Source of the DNA: Camelus dromedarius
Lineage: Eukaryota
DNA length: 64,000 nucleotides
Reading direction: 5' to 3'
Assembly (NCBI RefSeq): GCF_036321535.1
Contig: NC_087436.1
Coordinates: 106,766,001 to 106,830,000, forward strand
The position numbers and the translations under genes are program-made. The stretch's first letter is position 1, and each line of letters opens with the position of its first letter. The notes below the pieces were generated by a model. The model saw only the letters and a list, made by a program, of their open reading frames with translations, searched no databases and was not told where the DNA came from. Shown here piece after piece: positions 61,987 through 64,000 of the stretch.

Positions 61987-62744
61987 CTTCTGCAAAAGGA
62001 AGGTGCTGGCAGGAGCCTCCTGCCTGATAGAGCGCATGTGCGCGATAATTCATAGTTGTTATAATTACTCTCTCTGGCCTTATGTCATCTCGAAAGTGAC
62101 CTGGAAGTATACTTTTCAAGGTGGGAGCAGGGGGGATCTGGACGGATCGTGCTGGACTCCACTGCTGTCTTCTGGACACCTGCACAGTCCTACCCACGCC
62201 CCCGTCTCCCCCTTCCCTCCCTGGGGGCCGTCCTCCTTCCCCGGAGCCCGCTCCATTTGGCCAACGGCTCAGGTCCCGTGGCTGGCTTTCCAGACTGAAC
62301 ATACCTGCTTCTCACGATTCCTCACAACCTAATTCAACCAAAGGCCTAACCCCCTCTTCATTCTTTAAGATCACCCTTCTTTTTTCAAAATTTGTATTGC
62401 ATTATCATCTCATTTCCAGAGGTCACGACTCTTTTCTTTTGCTTTGCTTCTGACAGCTTTAAACAATGGCGTGTTTATTTTGGGAACCCCGTGGAAGCTT
62501 TGTAAGCACCCATCTGCCCTTTTCCGGAATAGTCCAGTCATCCTCCCTCAGGTGAACAGAGTGCTGGGCTCCTGTGCTGTGCACAGCGCGCAGAGCGGGG
62601 GCGGTGGACCAGGCGTTAGGAGACTCAAGTTCTAATCTTCACCTTGCTCCCGTCTTCGTAGCTGACCTGGCGTCATACCCTTACCTCTTTGTATTCCGGG
62701 AATAATAGAATCAAAGTGTATTATGTTAGGAGGAAACTTTAAGC

Positions 62745-62880
62745 AAGGGCTTCCATCTGGTTAGGCTGCATAAGACAAACCTGTTGACTTTTTTTAAAAA
62801 AAATACAAATTCCCAGGCTCCATCTCAGATCTTGTGAGTCATTGGAAGGGACAGGTAGTCAGAAATTCAGGGACTATTTT
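62745..62880. mobile_element. MER5-like hAT MITE fragment
   Basis: GGCTGCATAAGA...TTAAAAAAAATACAAATTCCCAGGCTCCATCTCAGA. Confidence 0.55.
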
Positions 62881-63636
62881 GTGCCTTCCCTCTTGTACAG
62901 AGGGGATAGAGTGATATCAGCACACACCCTTTTCACCTAAATCGCAGATAATTATCCAGCTGAATTTGAGCTTTGATCTGTTGGCCATTCACAGCTCTTA
63001 CAGGCATCTTTGGGTTCCACTTGGTCAAGCAACCCAATGAACTGCTTCCTGGCTTAGCTTCCATGGGTACTGGAAACAAAATTCCCGGGAACAGCAAGCC
63101 TCCGCAGGGGCAGAGCTGGTCTCTGAAACCCCCGGGTGTGGGTGTCCTTGCGCACACGGGGCACAAGTGAGGCCGGGATCTGTGTGGCGCCTACTCTGAA
63201 ATGCCAGTGCCGATCCGATCCTGTGAATAATCCAAGAGGGGATCGGATTCCCGAGGCCCCAGCTGGCGGGTCTGTAGGAAAATCAGATTCCTGTGAGTCC
63301 TTAGAGGTCACAGGAGGGTGTATGACTGCTCCGGGTCAGAGGCAGCTGGCTCAGGACAGAGACAGGAAGGGAGTGGAGAGGGGAAATGAGGGAATGGAAT
63401 GCGACCAGAAGAAACTGACTCCAGTCATAATTTTTCAGTTTCATAATTCTAGAAGGTGCATGTGTCTTGAGTACTACACAGGGAGATGGCCTTTCATCTC
63501 AGACACCACAGTCACAAATCAAGGGACAACACACACGTACACACACTCACAAGCGCACACCTCCCACCTTGGGTAAATGACTGAGCTGTGAGTTCATGAA
63601 TCTCACCAAAAGTAAGCTGAAAACTGCATGTGTGCA

Positions 63637-63638
<2 letters not shown>

Positions 63639-63672
<34 letters not shown>
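63639..63672. repeat. (CA)n microsatellite
   Basis: Directly visible. Confidence 0.97.
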
Positions 63673-63673
<1 letters not shown>

Positions 63674-64000
63674 TCACAGGATACTCCAAATTTCCCTGCC
63701 AGAATCTCAAATTCTTACCAATTATTAACCCTTTATTAGACTCACAGCCTTCAGGGCCAAGAACTATATAGTTGATTCGTGTTTCTATTTCCCCAGGGGT
63801 AGCACCTGGAACCCTGTAGCAAGTGTTTGTAGGATAAATTAATAGAGGTAGTAGAAGTGATGGGGTACATTCTTTCCTCATATTGAAAGGTGGCTGTGAA
63901 AAAAGCCTCCCAAATCATATGCATGATGAATTGTAGCGAGATAGAAACGTTCATAGTATTTTTAAATGGAGACTACCAGGCATCCGTGAGGATTTGAGAG

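Noticed and set aside
61871..63576. Several 110-146 aa ORFs in the GC-rich end
   Set aside because: Overlapping on both strands, partly within transposon relics, no domain resemblance; expected where stop codons are rarer.
1..64000. Inferring a host gene strand from L1/LTR orientation bias
   Set aside because: Both orientations are well represented, so no inference is justified.
1..64000. CRISPR array, operon or prokaryotic defence-type system
   Set aside because: The sequence is mammalian non-coding DNA with no regularly spaced repeat-spacer array and no gene cluster.

Overview
Mammalian non-coding DNA (intergenic or deep intronic), most likely from a camelid: it carries a tRNA-Ala(AGC)-derived SINE of the camelid vic-1 type (60436-60571) and several artiodactyl/camelid-type L1 3' ends, and I saw no Alu, B1/B2, Bov-tA/BovB or PRE-1 elements. 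I found no credible host protein-coding exon, RNA gene or CRISPR array; the long ORFs come from simple repeats, decayed transposons or chance. Roughly half or more of the window is fossil transposable elements (L2, MIR, MaLR/ERVL solo LTRs, hAT DNA transposons, old and young L1), often nested and sometimes with readable target-site duplications (TSDs). The most notable signals are a clear L1-mediated 3' transduction (53305-53672), a 662-bp pure-purine tract with higher-order structure (14973-15634), a 3'-less L1 5'UTR/ORF1 piece bounded by a 10-bp direct repeat, a fold-back inverted duplication at an L1 junction, and several repeat-poor islands with transcription-factor-like motif clusters that may be conserved enhancers. 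I could not support a new biological system. Repeat family names come from recalled consensus resemblance, not a database search, and boundaries without a TSD are approximate.
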